Positions 48,589 to 57,926 of a stretch of DNA of 63,109 nt are shown here, piece by piece. This DNA is from an uncultured Desulfurococcales archaeon (GTDB lineage Archaea; Thermoproteota; Thermoprotei_A; Sulfolobales; CAZCAU01). The stretch spans positions 1 to 63,109 of the forward strand of contig CAZCAU010000004.1 of the NCBI GenBank assembly GCA_964496855.1, read 5' to 3'. The translations under genes were made by a program, and so were the position numbers. Numbering within the stretch: the first letter of the stretch is position 1; the number at the start of each line of letters is the position of its first letter. Under the pieces are notes generated by a model. It searched no databases. It saw only the letters and a list, made by a program, of their open reading frames with translations, and was not told the origin of the DNA.

Positions 48589-49395
48589 ATGATTAAAGCT
48601 GTATATAAACTTGTAGCTATAGGTTCGAGCAAAGGAAAGACACGTATAGGGACACAGCTAGTAGAAGAACTTGTCAAACTAGGTGTAAGAGTAGGCGTAG
48701 TTAAGCATACAATACACGAAATTGACGTTGCTGGTAAAGATTCATACAAGTATGCTAAAAGCGGTGCCATCCCAGTAATTGTGTCTTCGCCAAAGCAACT
48801 AGCAGTATTCTACACAGGATATCCCGAAGATCTTGATAAGATCTTAGAGATTATTCCACAAACACCCTTCGTCGTTATTGCTGAAGGGTTTAAGCAGTCA
48901 AGGAGAGGAAAAAAGATAATCATAGCAAGTAGCCAGGCGGAGCTAGAAGAATTATTAAAAATACCAGGGGAAAACTTTGCTATCGTAGATATGGGAAGCA
49001 ATAGCATATGCAACACTCTCGATGAAAGCAAGTTAACTGGCATGAAATGCTATAGCAGCAACCAAGTAAACCTACTGGCAGAAGCCATATACAATGATGC
49101 GGTAGACCAGGCCTTAACTAGTCTTCCCGGAGTTAATTGCGGATATTGTGGTTACTCTACATGTAGGGGGCTTGCTAAGGATATTGTAAGAGGTATTAAG
49201 AAATTTGTGGATTGCCCAGTAGCTTCTGAGGTAAAGGTTGTGTTAAACAGGGACACCATGGTTAGCTTGAACCCGTATGTTAAGAGAGTCTTTACAGAGG
49301 TTATCCGGGGTTTATTAAACACGCTAAAGGGTATCCCAAGCGATGTACAGGGTATATATATTAGTATTGACTTGAAAGAGAAAGAGCAGAGATAA
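48589..49395 (+). CDS. mobB: MobB-like molybdopterin-guanine dinucleotide biosynthesis adapter fused to a Cys-cluster domain
   Basis: N-terminus GSSKGKTRIGTQLVEELVKLGVRVGVVKHTIHEID..GKDSYKYAKSGA (MobB). The C-terminus carries VNCGYCGYSTCRGLAKDIV, an RnfB-type FeS-binding motif. Confidence 0.7.
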   Translation: MIKAVYKLVAIGSSKGKTRIGTQLVEELVKLGVRVGVVKHTIHEIDVAGKDSYKYAKSGAIPVIVSSPKQLAVFYTGYPEDLDKILEIIPQTPFVVIAEGFKQSRRGKKIIIASSQAELEELLKIPGENFAIVDMGSNSICNTLDESKLTGMKCYSSNQVNLLAEAIYNDAVDQALTSLPGVNCGYCGYSTCRGLAKDIVRGIKKFVDCPVASEVKVVLNRDTMVSLNPYVKRVFTEVIRGLLNTLKGIPSDVQGIYISIDLKEKEQR

Positions 49396-49396
49396 C

Positions 49397-50419
49397 TCAT
49401 GCTGGGTTATTTTCTTCTAAGTATATGTTCTCTCTAGCACGACGAACAACTTTGCCTTTCACAGCTGGTAGTAGAAGTATAAGGAGTACTCCTGGTATAA
49501 CCATATAGAGGTAAGATGCTATTCTCCATAACATTGCTGATTCTTTAGGTAAGATACCAAGTAACAGGTACTCTGTACCAAAAGCTCCTCCAGGTATGGG
49601 TATTGCTAGTAGTATTTGAACAATGAGTGATGCTACAAAACATATGTAGAACCACTTTATTCCGCCTGTAACTATTTCTTCGTAGAGCTTTATCAAGCTT
49701 GGAGTGAAGAGAAGGACTGCCACAGCAAATGCTGATACAACATATGATAACGCGGTTAATAGGATTGCTATCAAGACTATTTTTTTACTACTAATTATGC
49801 GTACAGCTTCTCTGAAGAACGTATAGTGGTATTTAGCAACTTTTAAGAGTGATCCTACGAATCCTTTTTGCTCTTTCTTTAAGAAACCCGGTTCTTCTTC
49901 TCTGACGATATAGATTAGTCCTACAAGCCATAGTATAAACATGTATATGCTCACTATTAGGAGAAGCCATGCTTTCTCTATGTAGAGGAGTGATATGGAG
50001 AAACTTACTACAGCCATGAACATAGCATCAAAAAATGACTCAAGAAGCGTTGATGCTGCAATATACCCTGCACCCCCACGTACTAAACCCATGAGTGCAA
50101 CAGCTCTTGCAGGCGTTCCCCCTAGACTCATTGGTGTAACTGCTGAGAAGAAGTTACCAACAAGTCTAGCTATAACACTATGAAGAATAGATGCTTTAAT
50201 ACCAGATATTCTTAGAAAGAAATAGAGTCTAGCTGCTTTTATTACTTCGGAGAGGAAAAGAATCAGAATCACGGATAACATTCTCTCTAAACCAAGTGCT
50301 TTGAGAATACCTATGATGTCAATATTCTCTTGCTTAGAGTAGAAGTAGATAGCTGCAAAAACCAGGAGGATCCCGGTGAGAGCAACAAGGAGATCAGTTA
50401 TTATACTACGTAGCTTCAT
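49397..50419 (-). CDS. Polytopic membrane protein (UPF0104 / lysyl-PG-synthase TM-region-like)
   Basis: 340 aa with ~8 hydrophobic helices. The family assignment is tentative. Confidence 0.5.
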   Translation of the reverse strand: MKLRSIITDLLVALTGILLVFAAIYFYSKQENIDIIGILKALGLERMLSVILILFLSEVIKAARLYFFLRISGIKASILHSVIARLVGNFFSAVTPMSLGGTPARAVALMGLVRGGAGYIAASTLLESFFDAMFMAVVSFSISLLYIEKAWLLLIVSIYMFILWLVGLIYIVREEEPGFLKKEQKGFVGSLLKVAKYHYTFFREAVRIISSKKIVLIAILLTALSYVVSAFAVAVLLFTPSLIKLYEEIVTGGIKWFYICFVASLIVQILLAIPIPGGAFGTEYLLLGILPKESAMLWRIASYLYMVIPGVLLILLLPAVKGKVVRRARENIYLEENNPA

Positions 50420-50440
50420 TTACAAGCTCCTTGCCTATCT

Positions 50441-50896
50441 TTATTGTAATGCAACATCAATACTAGAATATAATGGCTGTGAATCCACGTCTCTGTCCTC
50501 TAAGTACTTGACTAGAATCTTGTAGAAGTTCTCTACTATATCTTTCACATTAGTATCTTTAGGCTTCTCCATGACTACTCGTGCATTAACTATTTCCCAG
50601 CATCTATTGTTATCACACTTGTACTCTAAAGCTACTAGTACTAGCTTCTCTATGAGGCCTATAACACTATCATCGATGCTAACATACTTACTTGCTTGAA
50701 CAAGGCTCGAAACCGGTAACTCGCAGTATTTCACCGTTATATCGCCCATATCAATAGTAGTAGTAACATTGCATCCCAGCTCTTCACAACCCTTCCTAGA
50801 ATATACATCGTAGTCTATCAGAAGCCTATTGCCATCAATCTCTACCAACACGGTTTTCCTAAAGTACTCAAGCCAGTATTCTTCCGGTATATCCAA
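50441..50896 (-). CDS. Hypothetical protein
   Basis: 151-aa ORF, acidic, several Cys, no recognised motif. Confidence 0.45.
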   Translation of the reverse strand: MDIPEEYWLEYFRKTVLVEIDGNRLLIDYDVYSRKGCEELGCNVTTTIDMGDITVKYCELPVSSLVQASKYVSIDDSVIGLIEKLVLVALEYKCDNNRCWEIVNARVVMEKPKDTNVKDIVENFYKILVKYLEDRDVDSQPLYSSIDVALQ

Positions 50897-50940
50897 AATA
50901 CTACACCGGGTTGGTAAAAACTATACTTTACTGAGAACTG

Positions 50941-51198
50941 TTATCTCTGCTTAGGCATTCCTAGAACTTCAAGCTCATGACCACAGTATGGGCACTTGTA
51001 TTTCAGTCTTCTCGCATCTGCTTCGCAAAAGTATGATCTGTGGTTACTTACACATTTTGGGCAGTGGTATACTATGTTCTTTGTTATATCCATTTCTCTG
51101 GCACAAAGTCTGCATTTTACTGTGACCCATCCTTTGTGCCCACCTGCATTAACGCCTATGAGTACTCCTATAGTCATGGCATATACACCATCTAGCAT
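50941..51198 (-). CDS. Small zinc-ribbon protein
   Basis: 85 aa with CRLC...CPKC...C...CPYC pairs. Confidence 0.5.
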   Translation of the reverse strand: MLDGVYAMTIGVLIGVNAGGHKGWVTVKCRLCAREMDITKNIVYHCPKCVSNHRSYFCEADARRLKYKCPYCGHELEVLGMPKQR

Positions 51199-51224
51199 TT
51201 CTTTATTACATTCTATTTGGCATT

Positions 51225-52016
51225 TTGTTTAAAACCATAGGGCTCTTTTATGTTTTACTGGGTGAATCAGTGACTATCAAGTTGCTAGCTACAGCTGATA
51301 TCCATAGCCCATTATACTTGCAACAATATATTATCTCGATTAGAAAGCTGACAAGAGAACAGGTGAATCCTGATCTACTAATCTTAGTTGGCGACTCTGT
51401 GGAGAAAAACAATATTGATGCTTTTAAGAGAGTGCTTGACGTCACACGAGAGGTGCTTGGTAACATACCTATAGTAGCAATATTTGGTAACGAAGAGTAT
51501 CGCGGTTACGAAGGAGAGTATATTAGGAGATATAGAGAAGTATACTGGGTAAATGATGATCTTAAGATACTAGAAGTAAGAAGTAAGAGAATAGGAATAA
51601 TTGGTAGTCGCGGCGCACTTGATAGACTCACAAAGTGGCAGCAACGACATATGCCAGAACTAGCATCATACTATAAGTCTCTGCCAGGTAAGTTACAGCT
51701 CTTGCTCAGGGAAGCTAGGATGAAAACCGATGTAGTTATACTTGCTACTCATTATTCGCCTACGTATAAGACCCTTATCGGTGAGGAGAGACGTATTTGG
51801 CCAGAGCTGGGTTCTAAGAAGATGGAGAAAGTTATAGAAGTAGAAAAACCCAGTCTGGTTCTTCACGGCCATGCTCATAATTCTAAGAAAACACGCGTGG
51901 TCATTAGTAATGTGCCTGTTTATAATGTTTCTTTGCCAGCAAATAACTATAACGTAGTAGTATTAGATGTAGATGGTGCTGGGAAAACTCTCGATGCATG
52001 GCTTGGACTAGGCTAG
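51225..52016 (+). CDS. Calcineurin-like metallophosphoesterase
   Basis: LLATADIHSP, VGDSVE, GNEE, THYSP and HGHAH. The likely start is the GTG at 51270. Confidence 0.75.
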   Translation: MFKTIGLFYVLLGESVTIKLLATADIHSPLYLQQYIISIRKLTREQVNPDLLILVGDSVEKNNIDAFKRVLDVTREVLGNIPIVAIFGNEEYRGYEGEYIRRYREVYWVNDDLKILEVRSKRIGIIGSRGALDRLTKWQQRHMPELASYYKSLPGKLQLLLREARMKTDVVILATHYSPTYKTLIGEERRIWPELGSKKMEKVIEVEKPSLVLHGHAHNSKKTRVVISNVPVYNVSLPANNYNVVVLDVDGAGKTLDAWLGLG

Positions 52017-53140
52017 CTTTCTTTACAGATTTCCGGGTTAGAATGTATCTTCTTGATGGTTTCTGCAATATACTCTATGTCCTCACGGTTTAGTAAGGGA
52101 TGAACAGGTAGGCTTAGCACATGTCTTGATGCTTCTATACTATTTGGACATATATTGCTAGGATATCCTAACGCTCTATATAGGGGTTGCAAGTGTATAG
52201 GTCTAGGGTAATGAATCGCTGTCTCTATACCATGCTTTCTCAAGCATTGTGCAAGCCTATCACGATCTAGGGGAAAACTTTTCTCCACATAGACCACGTA
52301 TTGGTGAAATACATGCTTATACCCAGGTTTTACTGTTGGCGGTCTCAAACCAGGTATCTCGCTAAGTAGCTCTGTGAGTAGCTCAGCATTTTTAATCCTA
52401 GCAGTATTAATAGCATCTAGCTTATCCAACTGAGCAAGACCTATTGCTGCTTGGATGCTAGTCATTCTATAGTTGCCGCCTAGTGTTACATGCAGGTATT
52501 TCTCCTCCATACCATGATTTCTTAGCAACCTAACTTTTTCAGCGACTACAGGGTTACTTGTTACCACCATCCCCCCCTCACCAGTAGTAATGTTTTTGGT
52601 AGCATAGAAGCTGAAGACACCAACGTCTCCCAGCCCACCAACCTTTATATTGCTAACCTCAGCACCATGAGCTTGTGCAGCGTCTTCTACTACTAATAAG
52701 CCGTGCTCAAATGCTATTCCAAGGATGCTCTCCATGTCTGCTGGATGACCGTACAAATGAACGACTATTATAGCACGCGTTCTCCCCGTAATCTTAGCCC
52801 TAAGATCATCTGGATCCATGGTATAAGTGTCAAGATTTATATCCACAAATACGGGTTTCGCCCCCTGGAATAAGACTGCATTTGCTGTAGCTATGAATGT
52901 GAAATCAGGAACTAATACTTCGTCCCCTGATGTAATGCCTAATGCTTTTAATGCAAGATCCAGCGCCACCGTACCGTTGGAGACCGCTAGTGCATAGTTG
53001 ACACCAATATACTCTGCAAATCTTTTCTCAAACTCTTCGACTATAGGTCCATGAGCAATCCATTTACTCCGAAGAACCTCTATAACTGCTCGTTCCTCTT
53101 CTTCACCTATAACCGGCTCTACTACTCTTATTAAACGCAT
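52013..53140 (-). CDS. DegT/DnrJ/EryC1/StrS-family PLP-dependent sugar aminotransferase
   Basis: 375 aa: AVSNGTVALDLAL..., DAAQAHGA, and FSFYATKNITTGEGG with the PLP lysine. Confidence 0.85.
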   Translation of the reverse strand: MRLIRVVEPVIGEEEERAVIEVLRSKWIAHGPIVEEFEKRFAEYIGVNYALAVSNGTVALDLALKALGITSGDEVLVPDFTFIATANAVLFQGAKPVFVDINLDTYTMDPDDLRAKITGRTRAIIVVHLYGHPADMESILGIAFEHGLLVVEDAAQAHGAEVSNIKVGGLGDVGVFSFYATKNITTGEGGMVVTSNPVVAEKVRLLRNHGMEEKYLHVTLGGNYRMTSIQAAIGLAQLDKLDAINTARIKNAELLTELLSEIPGLRPPTVKPGYKHVFHQYVVYVEKSFPLDRDRLAQCLRKHGIETAIHYPRPIHLQPLYRALGYPSNICPNSIEASRHVLSLPVHPLLNREDIEYIAETIKKIHSNPEICKES

Positions 53141-53174
53141 AGGTCATCCTCCTAGAGTTCTATTTTCTCAAGTA

Positions 53175-54350
53175 TTAATCTAGCGGTGAGTAGCCTGTCT
53201 CGAGTATTCTCTTAATCTCATAAGTGCTTTTCTTAGGCTTCAGCATATTAACTACTAATTCCCCATCTCTGTATTCTAGACTAGTAATAGCTATGTCTAT
53301 GCCCAGACTCCTCATGTAATCTATGAACTCCTCTATTTCGCCCGAGTTGGTAAATCTTAACTGGAACTCCTCAGCCAATACTTCTCCCTTAATTATCTTC
53401 TTGATAGATTCCACCGCTGGCAGCAGGATGGCATAACCGAGCTCTCTAGCATTTCTTTCTAGTGTCTCATTATCATACACTTCTACTGCTCTAAATATTT
53501 CACGCAGGATCCTTGAGAACAAGAATGATCTTCCTTCTTCGAAAGGGTATTTCATGCCCAGCCTTAAATCATCGATGTTACTGTACCCCGTAGTATACTT
53601 GAGCGGTGGTACTCTGTTCTCAGGATCTTTGAGCACAACGCCTTCACGTCTCCTTGTCTCTAAATCATTGATTATATCCATAAGTTTAGAGTAATCATTC
53701 TTATTAATGGTATCTAGTAAAGGAACATCTTTCAATCCATGAGCAGAGACTATCTCTCTTCTAGTCTTCAGGTCGAGCCATTGCCTTGTACCCGTTAATA
53801 TATCAAATACGTAGTAGTCGAACGAAGGACTCTCAGGATAAGCATACCTGGTATAAGGGTTTTCCAAACCAATTACTTCTCCGAATAATATATACTCATT
53901 ATGTTCTTCGAAGAAATCCTTTAACGCATTACCATAGAGTTTGTTTATTCTAGCAGTAGTATATGGACATATGAATCCTCCGCGAGTTATTGCTAGTATC
54001 TTGTCTTCGTAAGAAAGCACCCTAACATTATATCCATTCATTTTCTCCTCTACAGCTACTGGACCAGGGAAATGCCTTGATATTCTTCTCAGCAAGAGTA
54101 TTCTCTGAATAGGTGGATAACCAGGTACAAGTCTTGGTTTCTTTCCTAGCAGTATTAGTGATCCTTCAAGTATCTTACCCATATCACGTCTAAACGTAAG
54201 ATATTCTAAGCCTCTATACTTCATTAAACGTACTGATCTCGACTCTAGTATTCTTCTTGCTTCTTCAGGACTTGTATCTAGCGCGTCAACGACTTTGTCA
54301 AGATACTTGTTTATCCTACGTTTCCTATACAGATTACTCTCAAAACTCAC
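53175..54350 (-). CDS. ATP-dependent RNA ligase (archaeal Rnl3 / Pab1020 type)
   Basis: 391 aa with a GTG start. VEEKMNGYNVRV is the nucleotidyltransferase motif I (KxNG); it also has a GEV motif and a C-terminal dimerisation-type domain. Confidence 0.75.
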   Translation of the reverse strand: MSFESNLYRKRRINKYLDKVVDALDTSPEEARRILESRSVRLMKYRGLEYLTFRRDMGKILEGSLILLGKKPRLVPGYPPIQRILLLRRISRHFPGPVAVEEKMNGYNVRVLSYEDKILAITRGGFICPYTTARINKLYGNALKDFFEEHNEYILFGEVIGLENPYTRYAYPESPSFDYYVFDILTGTRQWLDLKTRREIVSAHGLKDVPLLDTINKNDYSKLMDIINDLETRRREGVVLKDPENRVPPLKYTTGYSNIDDLRLGMKYPFEEGRSFLFSRILREIFRAVEVYDNETLERNARELGYAILLPAVESIKKIIKGEVLAEEFQLRFTNSGEIEEFIDYMRSLGIDIAITSLEYRDGELVVNMLKPKKSTYEIKRILETGYSPLD

Positions 54351-54355
54351 ATGGT

Positions 54356-54366
54356 GGCACCTAGGG
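54356..54366. repeat. 11-mer GGCACCTAGGG, copy 1 (5 nt upstream of the RNA ligase GTG, on the opposite strand)
   Basis: Read directly. An identical 11-mer occurs at 55196-55206. The core CCTAGG is palindromic. Confidence 0.9.
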
Positions 54367-54448
54367 CTAAGAAAATATTTTACTTTAGTAACTGATATGT
54401 TTATTCGATATCTAGTCAGATGGCTAAGAATAAGAGAGGATTATTATT

Positions 54449-55096
54449 TTGATGACCTTTATACTAGATACAAGTGCTATGACGGATCCTAGACTAAGAG
54501 AGCAGTTTAATGTGGATAGCTTAGAAGATGTGGTTAAAAACCTTGTTGACCTCATGGCTAAGGCACGGCTTCTTCTGGGAGTCCAGTTCTATTTGACACC
54601 ATCCATGTGGAATGAGCTGAGAAGATTTCTTATTAATAACGGTGTAGATACATCTGTTGTAAATCAGTTTGGCGCATGGGTTATAATAAAAGCACCGGAC
54701 AAACTTGGTACCAGAATCCCTGCAGCTGTAATGTCTGAATACGTGGAGGATATGAGGAGACGGATACTGAAGGGATTAAGAGTTGCTGAGGATGCTGTTA
54801 GAAAAACTGCTTCTAGAGTGAAGAGAGGCGGGCATGAAGAGGAAAAAATAGTTGGTGAGATAATACATGATCTTAGAGAGAAATACAGGGAGGCACTGAG
54901 AAAAGGGACTGTTGATAGTATGGCGGATTTTGATGCAATAATACTAGCCCTAGAGCTAAAAGGAGTAATAGTCACTAATGATGAAGGAATCCGTAGGCTC
55001 TGCGAATCATTAGGGGTAATAGTCATAGATCCGCTACAATTTGTAGAGACTTTACGAAGACTTGGAGAGCTCGCGTCAAAGCAGGTTCAACAATAA
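54449..55096 (+). CDS. PIN_5/UPF0278-family PIN-domain protein (HARP-like, homolog of Aquifex protein-only RNase P)
   Basis: MTFILDTSAM... (first PIN acidic residue), LREKYREALRKGTVDSMADFDAIILALELKGVIVTNDEGIRRL...VIDP is the pattern I associate with UPF0278/HARP proteins. The likely start is the ATG at 54452. Confidence 0.6.
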   Translation: MMTFILDTSAMTDPRLREQFNVDSLEDVVKNLVDLMAKARLLLGVQFYLTPSMWNELRRFLINNGVDTSVVNQFGAWVIIKAPDKLGTRIPAAVMSEYVEDMRRRILKGLRVAEDAVRKTASRVKRGGHEEEKIVGEIIHDLREKYREALRKGTVDSMADFDAIILALELKGVIVTNDEGIRRLCESLGVIVIDPLQFVETLRRLGELASKQVQQ

Positions 55097-55195
55097 TTCT
55101 TGATCTCCAAGACTTCTTTTATAGACTCTTTACTCTTAAATACTCTCGATTATTAACTATCAAGTATATTGGAGCAGCTAGGAGGATGAAATACG

Positions 55196-55206
55196 GGCAC
55201 CTAGGG
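55196..55206. repeat. 11-mer GGCACCTAGGG, copy 2 (10 nt upstream of the Lhr-type helicase ATG)
   Basis: Read directly; identical to 54356-54366. Confidence 0.9.
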
Positions 55207-55216
55207 TAGTCACGCT

Positions 55217-57892
55217 ATGATAATATGCGCCGAGGATACTCTCAGCGACGAGGAAATATATTCCCAGTTAAGACCATACGTTGCATCATGGTTTAGGAAG
55301 AGGTTCACAACTTTTACCGCGCCACAGCGCCTAGCACTACCCTATATAAAGAGAGAATATAATGTACTAATATCATCGCCCACGGGGACAGGAAAGACAC
55401 TAGCAGCATTTCTAGCTATCCTCGACTACTTATTCATGCTAGGAGAACAGGGCTTACTCGAGGATAAAATCTATGTCGTATACGTTTCCCCCTTAAGAGC
55501 GCTAAATAATGATATGAGAAGAAACCTAATGGAGCCCTTAAAGGAGATCAAAGAAGAAGCTAGGCGTATGAATATAGAGTTGCCCGAGATAAAAGTAGCT
55601 GTTAGAACAAGTGATACTAGTCCTGCAGAAAAACAGAAAATGACGAGAAATCCTCCACACATACTAATTACAACACCAGAGTCACTAACTATAGCTTTAT
55701 CAGCGCCAAAATTCGGACAACAACTAGCACGCGCTGAATATGTGATCATCGACGAGATACACGAGCTTGCCGGTAGTAAGAGAGGAGCATTACTATCATT
55801 AGCCATAGAGAGGCTTGAGGCAAAAACAGGTAGACCATTAAAAAGGATAGGATTAAGCGCAACAATAGCTCCTCTCGAAGAAATAGCACGGTTCCTCGTT
55901 GGTTACCAAGATAATGGTGTGCCGAGACCCTGTGTCATAGCAGACGCTCGTTTCGCCAAACCCATAGATATCAGAGTAGTAACCCCTGTAAGAGATCTCA
56001 TAAATACAGATACAAACGTGTTGAATGAATCTATATACAAGACTCTCGCGCGTCTCATAAAGAAGCATAGAACAACACTAGTGTTTACCAATACGAGGAG
56101 TGCTACAGAGCGCGTTGTCTATAAGCTTAGAAAAATGCTTGAAGGAGGCGGAATAATAGATTCTGATAAGATAGAAGCTCATCATAGTAGTCTCAGCCGA
56201 TCTGTGAGACTTGATGTTGAGGAAAGATTGAAAAAAGGAGAACTCAGAGTAGTTGTATCATCAACGTCTCTCGAATTAGGGATAGACATTGGGTACATAG
56301 ACCTAGTAGTCTTACTGAGTAGTCCTAAAAGTGTTAGCAGGCTTTTACAGAGAATAGGCAGGGCTGGCCATCATATACGCCAAGTAAGTAAAGGAAGAAT
56401 AATAGTAGTTGATAGAGATGATTTAGTCGAATGTACAGTACTTGCAAAAGCCGCGTTGGAGAGAAAAATCGATAAAACCCGTATACCCCGAAAACCACTA
56501 GATATCTTAGCTCAGCATATAGTTGGTATGTCTCTTGAAAAGAAGTGGAAAATCGATGACGCTTACAGGGTTGTGAAGAGAAGCTATAACTATCACGATC
56601 TGAGCATAGAGGAGTTTGAGGAACTAGTAAGATTCCTTGCAGGATTCTATAGCGAGAAACTTGAGGCGTTAAAAGTATACTCGAAGATCTGGTACGATCC
56701 TGAGGAGCGGGTTTTTGGTAGAAAGAAGACTGCTAGAATGATATATTATACGAACAGTGGCGCTATACCGGATGAAGCCAAGATACATGTATTCACAACT
56801 GATCATAAATATGTAGGCGATCTTGATGAAGGATTTGTACAAATTCTAACACCAGGCGATATATTCGTACTCGGAGGACACACATACGAATACATACGCT
56901 CAGAAGGTATGAAGATCATCGTGCGAAGAGCAGAGGGGGTAAGACCTACGGTTCCAAGCTGGTTTTCCGAGATGTTGCCACTAGCATTCGACTCTGCACT
57001 CGAGGTAGGAAAATTCCGGAGAATAATAGCAGAAATGCTAGCCTCCGGCAAAACATGCGATGAGATCGTGCCGTTTATAATGAGTAAGTACCGTGTAGGC
57101 AAGTATGCAGCACTAAATATCTGTAACTACATCAAAGAGCAGTGGGAGTATACTGAAGGAATAGTGCCTTCGGATAAGCTGATACTTATAGAGATATACG
57201 ATGAAGACAATCGTAGAAACATCATATTCCATTCACTTCTTGGAAGACGGACAAATGATGCTTTATCAAGAGCTTATGCCCTGGTATTGTCGAAGAAAAC
57301 TATGAGGCCTGTAAGGACAACGATAACTGATAACGGCTTCATGCTCACAGTGTCTGGGAGACCAGAAGTAAATGTAAAGCAACTTGTTAAAGCCGTGACT
57401 CGTGATAATATTAGAGAGTTGCTTAAACAAGCATTAAGAGGAACAGAATTGTTAAAGAGGAGGTTTAGGTATTGTGCAGAGAGATCATTCATGATATTGA
57501 AGAGGTACTATGATTACGAGAAAAGTCCTCATAGATTACAACTGAATGCTGAAGCTATTCTCAGAGTTATAGAGAGTATTGATCCCAATTTCCCTATCCT
57601 TAGAGAAGCGTATAGAGAGATCATGGAGGACTTCATGGACATAGAGTCTGCTGAGAAAGTGTTAGAATGGGTTGAGAAAGGAGACATCGACATAAAAGTT
57701 ATTAAGAACCTAGATGTGCCCTCACCGTTTGCTCATAGCATATTATCACAGGGATATAGTGATATAGTGTTAATGGAGGACAAGAGAAGATTAATCCGTG
57801 AATTACACGAAAGAGTACTAGCACTATTATCACAAGGTAAGAAACCGGCTAGTTTAGTATCGGTAGAGACAGTGGGTGTGACTAGTAATTAG
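55217..57892 (+). CDS. lhr: Lhr-type (Lhr-core) superfamily 2 DEAD/DEAH-box helicase
   Basis: 891 aa: SSPTGTGKTLAAF (motif I), IIDEIHEL (motif II), SAT, HHSSLS and QRIGRAGH (motif VI), plus the Lhr winged-helix and 'DEAD/H-associated' C-terminal domain. Confidence 0.85.
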   Translation: MIICAEDTLSDEEIYSQLRPYVASWFRKRFTTFTAPQRLALPYIKREYNVLISSPTGTGKTLAAFLAILDYLFMLGEQGLLEDKIYVVYVSPLRALNNDMRRNLMEPLKEIKEEARRMNIELPEIKVAVRTSDTSPAEKQKMTRNPPHILITTPESLTIALSAPKFGQQLARAEYVIIDEIHELAGSKRGALLSLAIERLEAKTGRPLKRIGLSATIAPLEEIARFLVGYQDNGVPRPCVIADARFAKPIDIRVVTPVRDLINTDTNVLNESIYKTLARLIKKHRTTLVFTNTRSATERVVYKLRKMLEGGGIIDSDKIEAHHSSLSRSVRLDVEERLKKGELRVVVSSTSLELGIDIGYIDLVVLLSSPKSVSRLLQRIGRAGHHIRQVSKGRIIVVDRDDLVECTVLAKAALERKIDKTRIPRKPLDILAQHIVGMSLEKKWKIDDAYRVVKRSYNYHDLSIEEFEELVRFLAGFYSEKLEALKVYSKIWYDPEERVFGRKKTARMIYYTNSGAIPDEAKIHVFTTDHKYVGDLDEGFVQILTPGDIFVLGGHTYEYIRSEGMKIIVRRAEGVRPTVPSWFSEMLPLAFDSALEVGKFRRIIAEMLASGKTCDEIVPFIMSKYRVGKYAALNICNYIKEQWEYTEGIVPSDKLILIEIYDEDNRRNIIFHSLLGRRTNDALSRAYALVLSKKTMRPVRTTITDNGFMLTVSGRPEVNVKQLVKAVTRDNIRELLKQALRGTELLKRRFRYCAERSFMILKRYYDYEKSPHRLQLNAEAILRVIESIDPNFPILREAYREIMEDFMDIESAEKVLEWVEKGDIDIKVIKNLDVPSPFAHSILSQGYSDIVLMEDKRRLIRELHERVLALLSQGKKPASLVSVETVGVTSN

Positions 57893-57926
57893 TTCTCCAT
57901 AGCTCTTGTGAGTGCCCGATTTTATC

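Noticed and set aside
54295-54492. 65-aa plus-strand ORF spanning the RNA ligase start and the intergenic region
   Set aside because: It overlaps the starts of two supported genes, has no motif, and its frame runs through promoter/5' UTR sequence.
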